Below are positions 25,495-37,455 of a DNA stretch of 64,000 nucleotides, in pieces. The translations under genes were made by a program, and so were the position numbers. Position 1 is the stretch's first letter, and each line of letters starts with the position of its first letter. The DNA is from Octopus bimaculoides (lineage: Eukaryota), in contig NC_068992.1 in NCBI RefSeq assembly GCF_001194135.2, positions 54,672,487 to 54,736,486 of the forward strand, given 5' to 3'. The notes under the pieces were generated by a model that worked only from the letters and a program-made list of their open reading frames with translations, was not told the origin of the DNA and did no database searches.

Positions 25495-26303
25495 AGGGCT
25501 TTCCTATAAGTAGGTTATCTCCCTTGGCTAGGCGGCGCTCCATGTAGATAATTAAACTTCCGGAGGCTACCCACGCCATTGTTATTGTTTTACGTCTTAT
25601 CATGGATATAAAGCAGCTTGATGATTCAGCTATCGAAGTACTTACTGTGCCTGAGTTAAAGAAATATTTAAGATTATATGGACAGTATGTTACTGGAAGA
25701 AAGGCAGACTTGACTGAAAGGTTGAAAGGAATAAAAATTCTGTCGATGAAGAATGTCAACAAAGTAAATTCATCGGACGATAAGTCTGAAGTATNNNNNN
25801 NNNNNNNNNNNNNNNNNNNNNNNNNNNNNNNNNNNNNNNNNNNNNNNNNNNNNNNNNNNNNNNNNNNNNNNNNNNNNACGATACTTCAGACAGGAATAAG
25901 CAGAAGCTTATATCTCCTCTCGGTGAAGTATTGCCTGATCTAAAGATCTTTGTAAGTTGCCGAATTTCACAGATAATGACATAATTACCTCGTGCTACGG
26001 ATGAAAGCAAAGCAACAGTTAAGGAGTGGCATATTTTACCACGACAGACACGTACACAGCATCGAATACCACGATGTGAGTGAAAGCTGCTCTCACTGTA
26101 TTGTCCGGCGTCTGGTAATCCCTTCGATACCGACATCAAACCAAAAAAAGAATCCTGACCACAGAGTGTGGGTAATTATGTCAAATGTTACTGGCAATGT
26201 GCATTCAGCTGATTGCAACTGTTAAAGCAAGTCACTGAGCATGCGTACATGTCATATGGGAGAGTTCCAATCAGGGGTGGATAACACCTTATAGGAAAGC
26301 CTT
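25495..26303 (+). mobile_element. TIR-bounded DNA transposon derivative encoding SAP and SWIM motifs (ISL2EU/PIF-Harbinger-like, tentative)
   Basis: Perfect 14-bp TIR core GGCTTTCCTATAAG (25497-25510) / CTTATAGGAAAGCC (26288-26301), AT on both flanks. ORF from 25602 contains SAP-like LTVPELKKYLRLYGQYVTGRKADLTERL. Downstream VHSADCNC then, after a frameshift, ACVH forms a SWIM-like CxC..CxH. Confidence 0.75.
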
Positions 26304-26649
26304 ATAGTTATGTGTGTGTTTATATATATACATATATATATACATACACCTGCTCACACACACGAATGCATGTCTCCTTGTTTTGATTTCATGTGATAGT
26401 TTTAAGTGAATCTCGCTGTTATCCAAGCTGTGACCTTCATTTCCAATGTTCCAAGACAGGTCTGGTTGTGGGGAAATGTTAGCTTACTTGGAGACAAGTA
26501 AGAGCTGGTGACAAGAAGGGCATTTAGGTATAGAAAATTTGCCTTAACAACGAGTCCTTTCTGACCATGCAAGCAAGGAAAAGTGCACGTTAAATGATGG
26601 TGATATGTATGTGTGTATGTATATATGTATTCATATTTATATATGTATA

Positions 26650-27490
26650 TGTGTGTATATTTGTGTGTTAAAACAAATGGTATCCAAAAGTGTATATTTA
26701 GGTAAGCACAGTGAATGTCGGAGGACATTCCAACCAAGTTGTATTAATTTCTGCCAGGTCTGTGGGGAAACTCGAGGTCTAGCATTGTCCTGAAGGAAGA
26801 TGACACCCTTTTGATTGCCATTTCTGTACGTTTATCATTAATTGCCTCCTTTAGTTGGTCTCACTGGGAGCAGTAATTTCCTAAATTTAACATCTGATTT
26901 TGCAGAAGAATCTGGTAATATACAATGCTCTTCCAATTCCACCAGATACAGAGCATCACCTTCTTTGGACACTGGCCAGCTTTAGGAGTGATTAAATGCA
27001 GTTCAGTTTATTTTTCTAGGACCTTTTTTCTCACCACATTGTTGTAAACAACCCATTTTCATATCACCTGTGATTTTCTTTGTTTTCAAAAATGGGTTGT
27101 TTTTATTGCATTTGAGCAGGGAATCGCTGATGGAAATGTGGTTCATTAAATTTTTTTCCTTTAAATAATGAAGCATCCAAAACATTATAGCGATTCACAT
27201 ATCCAAATATTTTTTATTGCCTTATAACATTCATATGAGATATCTGGAGCACCTCTGTCATGTCTCATGCCATGTGACATAGATTATTTTTGATTAGTGT
27301 TTTGATTTGGTCATCAAGAACAATTGTAGGCCTGCCAGAATGTTCATAGTCTTCCAGATCAAAATGTTCGCTCCTAAACCTAGCAAACTACTCACTAACA
27401 GTCCTGTCAGTTATGGCACCATCTTCATAAACTTCCCATAGCTTAATGGTACAGAGTGCTCAGCCAGAATTTGAGGGGTACAGGGTTCAA
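26650..27490 (-). mobile_element. Second mariner transposase fossil (mellifera/cecropia-like)
   Basis: Fragments VYEDGAITDRTV...FRSEHFDLED.EHSGRP, LKEKNLMNHISISDSLLK.N..NPFLK..ITGD, KKVMLCIWW, FLQDNARP, LGWNVL. Confidence 0.88.
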
Positions 27491-28479
27491 TTTTTTTGTA
27501 TGAGCCTCCTGGCAACTTTTTAATTGGTGCAAGTATAGTTGTGTGATAAGAAGTTTGCTCTCCAACCTCATGGTTCTGGGTTCAGTCCCACTGTGTTGCA
27601 CCTATAGTGTGCAACATACTATAGTGTCATCTATTATAGCCTTGGGCCCCATTAGCGTAAGCGTAACTAGAGTATGTGTCGTTTGAGGTGGCCCTTCCTT
27701 TTGCCACCCTGATATCCCACAAAAAACCACAGCTGCTGTAGTTGAAGGTGAACAGAACTGCATACTTCATCAGCTTTTCCCTGATACCACTTACTTTGCT
27801 CCCTCACCAAAACTATTTCATTTCACATCCATCTTTTATTCTTAATATTGTCCTCTCCACCCACATTTTGCATTGATCCCCCTCTCCCACATGTTATCTC
27901 TTCTTCTCTACTACCAAACATCTCACTCTCCTCAGGCACTACACTTGCCACCTTTCTCATGGTCTTGCAGGATGCCCAACCATGCATCATCTCTGTTTCT
28001 TACTTACTTTCATTTTCCTTCAGCCTTCCCCTCTCTTCTGTATTATTATCGCTTTCCTGCTGCTCTACATCCCTTTCTGCATAACCAGTCATCTATTCTC
28101 CCCTACCAATCGCTAGTTCATATGTATCCTTCATTACCCCCCCCCCTCTTATTCACCATTCACTACGCCTACCCCTCAACCCAACCTAATCTATTCAATT
28201 ACCACCTTCACTACCTTTCTTCCAATGTATATTTATTATGCCTCAATACTTGTTCCTCATTCATTATATTCATCCCCTCATTCAATCCCCCATCTCTGTT
28301 CATCTATCCCCACCCACTTCTACTCATCTCCTGCCTCATTACCTCTATTTTTATCTCTTTTCCAGCTCCACCCTGGCTACTCCCACCCTCTCTTCCACAA
28401 TGTGAGTAGCCATGAAATGTCCTTGACTGTCTGTGATACTTTTATGTTATTAGTGTAGTTGGTAAGAGCAGCTAACTGC

Positions 28480-29050
28480 ATCACTGAGAGCCACCAAGAA
28501 TAGTAGTGATCCCTGTACAGTTTCCTGAGGGATTCTGCTTACAATTGATGCTTCCTCAGTAGGAGCACTAGTAGGCTGTAACTGTTTGATTCTTACTTTT
28601 TTAAACAATCATGTAACCACTCTCCTAGTTTCCTAACTGTACCAAGGTCATGCAGCTTGTGACATATCATTCTGTCATCAACCTTGTCGGCCACTTTGGC
28701 AAAATCGAGATATATCACATCGACATTTTAGTGGTTGAGCTGTTGTTTCAGTACCCAGTCATAATTACATAGTAGCAGCTTCTTCCTGGACAGAAGCCAT
28801 ATTACATGTTAGTGAGCAAGCCATTTTCTTCTAAGAATATAATCAGCCTTCTTTTGATAAGACATTCAATGACTTTGCAAATATGTGAAGTCAGAAAGAT
28901 GGGACTATGAATTTCAGCATCTGCTCTACTTCCCCTTTATGGCTAGGACATATTATACCTTTCAACTTTATGGGATATTTAGTACCTGTAAAGAACTCCT
29001 GGAAAAATATCTGCAGTAGTTTTGTGAGAGCTTTCTTGCATGGGGAAAAC
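28480..29050 (-). mobile_element. CR1/L2-like LINE reverse transcriptase fragment
   Basis: Degenerate PIFLTSHICKVIE...FLEENGLL...VDVIYLDFAKVADKVD...IPQETVQGSLLFL. Confidence 0.85.
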
Positions 29051-29059
29051 CATTAGGGC

Positions 29060-29200
29060 CTGGCTGTGTGGTAAGAAGCTTGCTTCACAACTGAATGGCT
29101 CTAGGTTCAGTCCCTTACATGGCACCTTGGTCAAGTGTCTTCTACTATATTCTAGGGCTGACCCAAGCCTTGTGAGTGGTTTCGGGAGACTGAAACTCAA
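29060..29200 (+). mobile_element. SINE family C, 5' part
   Basis: ggctgtgtggtaagaagcttgc...ggcaccttggtcaagtgtcttctac. Confidence 0.8.
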
Positions 29201-29319
29201 ATTTAGTATTGTGATTTGAGGTGTTAGGTAGATGACACAATGTACATATCACCACATCAAGTTGTTTTATATTTACTATGAATATAAGAAACCTGTTCCC
29301 GGCCGATGCACAGGTTTCT

Positions 29320-29630
29320 TTTGAAAAGACATTCGAGCAAGTTCGTTGCCAGTACCGCTGGACTGACTCCTGTGCAGGTGGCACGTAAAATGCACCATTT
29401 CGAGCGTGGCCGTTGCCAGTACCTCCTGACTGGCCTTCATGCCGGTGGCACGTAAAAGCACCCACTACACTCTCGAAGTGGTTGGCGTTAGGAAGGGCAT
29501 CCAGCTGTAGAAACTCTGCCAAATCAGATTGGAGCCTGGTGTAGCCATCTGGTTTCACCAGTCCTCAGTCAAATTGTCCAACCCATGCCAGCATGGAAAG
29601 TGGACGTTAAACAATGATGATGATGATGAT
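29320..29630 (+). mobile_element. Family D retroposon, longest copy in the window
   Basis: Family D tail preceded by a ~67-bp internally duplicated unit (gttgccagtacc...ggtggcacgtaaaa.gcacc) x2. Confidence 0.85.
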
Positions 29631-30170
29631 ATGAATGTCATAGACTGAATTTGAGTGTGACAACAGAGTATGACCTCTTCATGGATGTACAAGGCAGCTT
29701 CACCATAACTTGTTTCTTTCCTGTCTATATGAAACACAGTTTTCTTTGTTACGCATGTCTCTGCACCATTTATGTCTGCAGATGGATGTGCTTCAGTAAG
29801 TGCTATCCTTATCGCTTACTTGCATGCAGAAAGATCTTTTCAAGTATGAGAAGAATAGGAGTGTAGATAAGTGGAGGTTGGAAGAGTTTAGGGAGAAGTG
29901 AGAGATGGGTAATGGGTGACAGGAGGGGGTTACATAGCAGCTGTAAATATTGGGTAGGGTTGAAGAAGGAATATAATTAGTGGCGTATGAGAGGTGGCAG
30001 ATTACCAATGATGCAAGGGTCGAGAGAGGTTGGGGAGAGCAGGAGATGACTGACAGTGCAAAAAAAAGAAAAAAAAAGAGAGCAGCAGAATAGTAATGAT
30101 GATAAAGTAGATAGGGGAATGATGAGAGATGACATTTATGTTCTTATATGTGTACTTACACACACACATG

Positions 30171-30553
30171 TGGAGGCGCAATGGCCCAGTGGTTAGGGCA
30201 GCGGACTTGTGGTCATAGGATCGCGGTTTCGATTCTCAGACCGGGCGTTGTGAGTGTTTATTGAGCGAAAACACCTAAAGCTCCACGAGGCTCCGGCAGG
30301 AGATGGTGGCGAACCCTGCTGTACTCTTTCACCACAACTTTCTCTCACTCTTACTTCCTGTTTCTGTTGTGCCTGTATTTCAAAGGGCCAGCCTTGTCAC
30401 ACTGTGTCACGCTGAATATCCATGAGAACTACGTTAAGGGTAAACGTGTCTGTGGAGTGCTCAGCCACTTGCACGTTAATTTCACGAGCAGGCTGTTCCG
30501 TTGATCAGATCAACTGGAACCCTCGTCGTCGTAACCGACGGAGTGCCAACAAC
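30171..30553 (+). mobile_element. SINE family A, full length
   Basis: Near-identical to 201-587. Confidence 0.9.
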
Positions 30554-31630
30554 AGCACACACACACATGCATATCTTGTTTGTTCATCAGAGGTGATGAG
30601 GATCATCTAGTCATCTTTAAGGATGTCTGATGATTTGCATGATGACTTTATTTAAAGTGAGGGAGAGTTGTGCATTGTCAGCCTCCTTCTCTTGACTGTG
30701 ACCACCTTCAGTCCAGTGGCAAGGCCAAGTCAAAATTACTGGGGATGGAGTCTGATGCAGTGGATGACCAAGACGTCTGGCTTGCCTCAGCTTCCTCTCT
30801 GCATACCATAATGCATTGCTGCAGCAGCCTTCTCCAACTATGGTGGTTTCTTTTGCAGAGTCCTCTGAACTCAGTCTTCATATGCATAGATAGGCAAGCC
30901 CTAAAATGCTAATGTGTTAACTGACCTTTAGCTGGGACCCTGACAGATGCTACTACTCTGTATCAGTAGACCTGACAACAATAGTTGTAAGCCCTTGATC
31001 ATCAGAATGTTGGAGTTCTGATCGGCAAATAGTCTTGAGCTCTTTTGCTTTGGTTTAAGGAACTATGGTATTTACACACACACACACTGTCAATGCAATG
31101 AGTAATTTAAAAGACAACACAGGAGGAACTGGATTTAACAAATGAAGTAGTAGCTTAACGCTTTAATGGAAAAATAAAGCATCTTAATGTTCCAGATGTT
31201 TGTCATTCATCAGAAGAGATAGAGAGAGAGTGAGAGAGAGAACTAGTCAGAGATAGATAGACTGGTATGGCAAAAAGAGAATACTGGTAAAAAGCTAGAA
31301 ATGTGAGAGAGAGTAGTCGTCAAACAGAAAAGGACTAAAAGTGAAAGTGAAACTGCTGAATAATAAATAAGCTGATGTTTGGAAAATAAATTTACATGAA
31401 ATGCTGATGGAACATTTTAAAATAAATCACTTGGAACGAAGAAGCTTGTATCACAGGACTAGGGGTAGTCCCTGGTAGGTTGGTATAAAAAAGGTTAATA
31501 AGGTGCACATGAAACTGTAATTCATTACTCATTTTGATACCCAACTCATGTAGTGATTGTGACAATTCCACTGCAGTCTTTTCCGGCCATGTATGTCCAA
31601 CTGGTTGCGATATTTTAAATGGTTTATGAG

Positions 31631-31952
31631 GAAGGTGCATGACTTAGTGGTCAGAGTATTTGGCTCACAATAAGGTCATGGGTTTGATTCCCAGAAGTGC
31701 ATTGTGTCCTTGGGCAGGACACTTCATTTTACATTGCTCCAGTTCACTGAGCTGTCAAAAATGAGTTGTACCTGTAATTCAAAGGGCCAGCCTTGTCACA
31801 CTTGGTGGATCATGCTGAATCTCCCTGAGAACTACAATAAGGGTATGTGTGTTTGTAGAGCGCTCAGCCACTTGCACATTAATTTCACAAGCAGGCTGTT
31901 CCATTGATCGGATTGACTGGAACTCTCATTGTTGTAATCGACAGAGTGCCAA
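31631..31952 (+). mobile_element. SINE family E (different head/body, family A tail)
   Basis: Head gaaggtgcatgacttagtggtcagag, body ccttgggcaggacacttc...tgctccagttcactgagctg, then aaagggccagccttgtcacac...cagagtgcc. Confidence 0.8.
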
Positions 31953-32379
31953 TATCTATATCTATCTTGTGAAGAAGTGCCTGGAAGTTAAGTAGCATTA
32001 AATTGCATAATATTTTCTTTGTCCTCTTGTAGATAGCACTAATGTTTTTCTGCTTTTTCTCTTCTTCTTTTGCATCATTGCAGTTCTTGATATTCTTGTA
32101 GTTAACATAGCTGGTGACAATAGCTGTTTGTATAGCTATTGTCTGAGAGATCTATTACTTACAGTAATGGCTTGAGTACTGATTCCTTTAGATCAGTGGT
32201 TCTCATGAATTTTTTGCCTATGGCCCCTTAGATTCCTATTTTACCCACATGGACCCTCAGCCATTTGATGCTTAAAAAATTCTGTTATATTTATATAAAT
32301 TAGATATCATTAGGGATTCTATAAAAAATAGCTAAAATATTTTATATATTGTAGAAGTATATGCAATTTAATGCACATA

Positions 32380-32775
32380 TAGGTGTAGGTGTGGTTGTGT
32401 GGTAAGAAGCTTGCTTCCCAACCACATGGTTCCAGGTTCAGTCCCACTGTGGCACCTTGGGCTAATGTCTTCTACTATAGCCTTGGGCCAACCAAAGCCT
32501 TGTGAGTGGATTTGGTAGACAGAAGCTGAAAGCATTCCATTGCATATATATATGTGTGTTTATGTGTGTGTCGGTGTTTGTCCCCGCAACATCACTTGAC
32601 AACCAATGTTGGTGTGTTTATGTTCCTGTAACTTAGTAGTTCAGCCAAAGAGACTGATAGAATGAGTACTAGGCTTACAAAGAATAAGTCCTGGGGTTGA
32701 TTTCTTTGCCTAATACCCTTTAAGGTGGTGCTCCAGCATGGCTACAGTCAAATAACTGAAACACGTAAAAGAATA
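32380..32775 (+). mobile_element. SINE family C, full length
   Basis: Head, CORE-like ccttgggc segment, internal (TA/TG)n and tail ggtggtgctccagcatggc...gaaacacgtaaaag. Confidence 0.88.
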
Positions 32776-32783
32776 AACGAATA

Positions 32784-33017
32784 GGGCGGCGAGCTGGCAG
32801 AATCATTAGCACGCTGGGCAAAATGCTTAGCAGTATTTCATCTGCCGTTATGTTCTGAGTTCAAATTCTGCTGAGGTCAACTTTGCCTTTCATCTTTTTG
32901 GAGTCAATTAAATAAGTACCAGTTACACACTGGGGTCGATGTAATTGACTTAATCCTTTTGTCTGTCCTTGTTTGTCCCCTCTATGTTTAGCCCCCTGTG
33001 GGCAATAAAGAAATAAA
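32784..33017 (+). mobile_element. SINE family B, full length
   Basis: ggcggcgagctggcagaatcattagc...gcctttcatc...aaataagtaccag...aataaagaaataa. Confidence 0.88.
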
Positions 33018-33089
33018 TATCTGACATGGACCCCTAAGGGTCATATTGGCCCCAGTTGAGAACCACTGCCTCAGATAATTCAAAATTAA

Positions 33090-33780
33090 CTTTATCCTTT
33101 GAAAAAGCATTATACCGTGTCTCTCTTAGTTTTCCAACTCTGCTAAGATGATGTAGTTTGTGATACGTCATTCCATGATCAGCTTTCTTCAAGGTCTTCA
33201 CATAATGAAGTTATACCATGGTGACATATGACTAATTGAACATTTTAATACTGTATGAACTGTGTGAATCAGCTTTCTATCCGAATGGAAAATGGATTGA
33301 ATGTCAGTGAGTCACTTTCCTCATCGCATGTAAATCAATTTCCCCCTCCGATAATTCATTCCATGTATTTTGTGATGTAGGAGGAATATAACTTTTAGCA
33401 TCTGCTCTCCTTCCCCCTTTATGGATAGGATATGTTACGCCTTCCTTCAGCTATTTTGGGTGCTTACCACACTTGTAAGGAAGCTTTCAAAATGTATCTG
33501 GAGTGGTTTTGTTAGAGCCATTTTAAATGTTTTCAAAAGAATCATTGGGTATCCAAGAGGGTCACAACCTCTGCCTTAGTTCTTTATGATTTTATTTCAT
33601 CAGAATGTTTCTGTCTGTAGGCATTATATCTATGTTAATATTGGACCTTTCACTTGCATTATGTCTTATAGAGAATTTCAGGCCAGTTCTGTTTTAAAAA
33701 CCACTTTCTGGATTGATCTTGTGGGAATTCAGGGTGGATAGGGTGAGAGCTCCTTGTGTGATACCGCTCTGTGGTTCTAT
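33090..33780 (-). mobile_element. CR1/L2-like LINE RT fragment (second copy)
   Basis: cagcatctgctctccttcccctttatgg matches the 28916 copy; a degenerate PIHKG..RADAKSY segment is visible. Confidence 0.7.
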
Positions 33781-35039
33781 TTTCTACATAGCTAATTCTA
33801 TTATGTTATGGTCACAGAAAATCAAAGACATATATATATATATACATGTATAGGAGTGGCTGTGTGGTAAGTAGCTTACTTACCAACCACATAGTTCTAG
33901 GTTCAGTCCCACTACGTGGCACCTTGGGCAAGTGTCTTCTATAGCCTTTCAGTTTCCATCTACCAAATCCACTCACAAGGCTTTGGTCAGTCTGAGGCTA
34001 TAGTAGAAGACACTCGCTCAAGGTGTCATGCAGTGGACTGAACCTGAAACCATGTGGTTGGGAAGCCAGCTTTCTTGCCACACAACCATGATTGCATCTA
34101 TCTATCTATCTATCTATCTATATATATATATATTTAAGTACACACACACTTAATGAGTCATATTTATATGTATTTAGCCTGCAAGTGGAATTAGGACTTA
34201 TGTTTAAACCATGGGTGCTTTTCTCTTGGAATGAAGAACTAGCCAATTAGTTTTGCCATTCTTGTCACTCATCCAGATTCTGTTGCTTCTTTCTTCCAAT
34301 CTGTCAAATGGAATTAGCAAAAAGCTACATATGTAAACAAGATTTTGAAACAACTCATTTATGAAATGGCACAACCCAATTATGTAATAGTACAAGGTTG
34401 ACAGCTTGCCATTAATTGTTAGTATACAAATACAGTATGGCGTTTGAATAAATATGCATACAAAGTCATCGTCATTCATCATCATTTAACTTCATTTTAT
34501 CATTTTGCAGCAGTTTTTCCATATTGGCATAGATTGAACAGTTCTCACAGAGCCTCACCATTAGGTGTAGTCTTTAACATATGGCTCACTCTTCCAGCAT
34601 TTTACAGTTTGGAGTGGTTATATTTTATCAGGCATGGCTGTGTGGTAAGAAGCTTGCTTCCCAATTGCATGGTTCTGGGTTCAGTCCCATTGTGTGGCAC
34701 CTTGGACAAGTGTCTTCTACTATAGCCTCAAACCATCTAAAGCCTTGTGAGTTGATTTGGTTGAAAGAAACTGAAAGAAGCCCATCTGAGTATTCCAAAT
34801 GTATCCTAATGTAATTCTTGTTGTCCTTTGTACATCCTGATGATTTTCTATACAAGGTATTTAAAATGCAAAATTATATATTTATATATGTTTTGTAATT
34901 TTAATTTTGTTTGTGAAATGAAACAGTTGTAGGTGACTGTGTTAATTAATTAATAAATTAATTTGTATCCATTAGATCTCTTTGTTTTCTAACTCGATGA
35001 TGATGATGATAATAATAATATATACATATATACATATAT

Positions 35040-35215
35040 ACTACACTCTCTGAGTGGTTGGCATTAGGAAGGGCATCCAGCTGTAGAAACTCTGCCAAAT
35101 CAGATTGGAGCCTGGTGTAGCCATCTGGTTTCACCAGTCCTCAGTCAAATCGTTCAACCCATGCTAGCATGGAAAGCGGACGTTAAGCGACGACGATGAT
35201 GATGATGATGATGAT
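35040..35215 (+). mobile_element. Family D retroposon 3' part
   Basis: Family D consensus plus (GAT)n. Confidence 0.85.
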
Positions 35216-35231
35216 ACATACACACACAGAC

Positions 35232-35276
<45 letters not shown>

Positions 35277-37079
35277 ATATAGGGTATCTAAGATACCGCC
35301 ACGATCNNNNNNNNNNNNNNNNNNNNNNNNNNNNNNNNNNNNNNNNNNNNNNNNNNNNNNNNNNNNNNNNNNNNNNNNNNNNNNNNNNNNNNNNNNNNNN
35401 NNNNNNNNNNNNNNNNNNNNNNNNNNAGTGAAGGTGCATGGTTCAGTGGTTAGAGCGTCGAGCTTACAATCGTGAGGTTGTGTGTTCGAATCCCGGACCG
35501 GGCTGCATATTGTGTTCTTGAGCAAGACACTTTAATCCTTTAAGGCAGTGTTCCAGCATGACCACAGTCAAATGACTGAAATGAGTAAAAGAGTAAATAC
35601 CAAAAGGCTTTTTTATTTTGACGTACTTTTGTCTCTGCCAATCCAACATCTATAATAATACTCTTGTGTTTTTCTCCGTCACAACATATGAATGAGAAAG
35701 GAAGGGGTGATAGAAAACTGGTAGTGGGAGCATTTCAACTCTGTGAGTATATGTGTGTGTATGTAAAAGAGGGGTATGTGAATGTTTGTGTGTGTGTGTG
35801 TTTGTGATATAAAATACTACAATTAACCGTCATTTTTGATGGCACGGGGCCTGCTAGGTCTTAATGATTGACACAGTTACCGAAATTTGGGAGAGGGGAG
35901 CTGTCAGTTATATTGTCAATACTTCGATATTTTACTTTATCAATCCCAGAGAGAGATAAAGGTAAAGTTGGCGTCAGCAGGATTTGAAACCAGAATGTAA
36001 GGGGTCACAATAGATGTCAGAATGAATACTGCTGCTTCAACAAATCTGTTAATCCATCACCTTAGGACTGATTTTTATTTTTTGTCAGTTGCTTCTAAAA
36101 TTGATAAAATACCAGTAATATGTTTGGCTTAAATTATTTGAATTTATTCACTCTTTTGCTAAATTTGGCTTTATGCCTTATCAAAGGAAATCAATTTTTC
36201 TGCAACCTGAGATTGCCAAATCCGTCAAATAACTATTTCTTTTTATTCTGTTTGAAAATGTCTGCTTGTCAGATTAGAATTTCTTCCAACTGTTTGTCGA
36301 TTCTTTTTTTTTTTCTCTTGCTTAGTTAATAGCTTTCAAGCGTGTTGATATATTTCTAACAGATTCTGTATTAAAATATTTTATCAGTTCAAAATCAATC
36401 ACTTTGTGAAAACCTAGCCAAATAGTTTTTTGTGCTATATTTAAATCTGATTGGTTGATCATCTATTCCCTCTTTATCAATAGTAAATATAAATGAATTG
36501 TCATTTAGTATCTTTAGTCACACCGTTAATGGAAACAGTGATTGCTATGTGATTAATTAGGTTTCCTTTTGGAAAAAATTTGCACAAATAACAAAAGAAA
36601 AAAAAATAGAAAAAAAAATTTTTTGAATAGATTTGAAAGACGTTAGCTATTGAAATCCTTTTATTTCATGTATTAGATTGCATAACATAATACTCTGGTT
36701 TGTTTTTGAATAAATTATTGATCTTAGTCAATGCATAATAATCTATTTTCCTCCAGTTGATCTTGTTGAAAAACACATATATTTACAATGTTATTTTATA
36801 CGATAGTAACAAACTCTAGCCGTCTATTTGCAACATATGCTACCTGCTGTGATCTTTTTTCTAGTCATGCATGTTTTGTTCTGTATTAAACTTCAAATAA
36901 GCCAGCATGTTTTGTGATTTGATGTAATTCACAAGGTCATCAGGGCACCACTGTTGTAGACTTTGCTTCTGTGCAAGCTGATGAGGGAATCACACACTGT
37001 GGTTCTTGATCTGTTAGAATAGCAGCCAAATCTCCCTCAAATCACACATGCAATATATATACTCTCTCTCTCTCTCTTT

Positions 37080-37455
37080 ACTCTTTTACTTGTTTCAGTC
37101 ATTTGACTGCGGCCATGCTGGAGCACTGCCTTTAGTCGAGCAAATCGACCCCAGAACTTATTCTTTGTAAGCCTAGTACTTATTCTATCGGTCTCTTTTG
37201 CCGAACCGCTAAGTTACGGGGACGTAAACACACCAGCATCGGTTATCAAGCGAAGTTGGGGGGACAAATACAGACACACATACATATATACGACAGGCTT
37301 CTTTCAGTTTCCGTCTACTAAATCCACTCACAAGGCTTTGGTTGGCCCGAGGCTATAGTAGAAGACACTTGCCCAAGGTGCCATGCAGTGGGACTGAACC
37401 CAGAACCATGTGGTTGGTAAGCAAGCTACTTAAGACACAGCCACTCCTGCGCCTT
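37080..37455 (-). mobile_element. SINE family C, full length, young-looking
   Basis: Reverse complement of family C with few mismatches to the 56112 copy. Confidence 0.9.

Larger units (their letters stand above)
32194..33068. mobile_element. hAT (Charlie-like) MITE with two nested SINEs
   Basis: TIRs CAGTGGTTCTCA / TGAGAACCACTG; degenerate 8-bp TSD ctttagat / cctcagat (6/8); encloses SINE C 32380-32775 and SINE B 32784-33017. Confidence 0.8.

Noticed and set aside
31175-31215. CUGAUGA on the minus strand with a possible stem II
   Set aside because: No intact GAAA or helix III; too degenerate to call.
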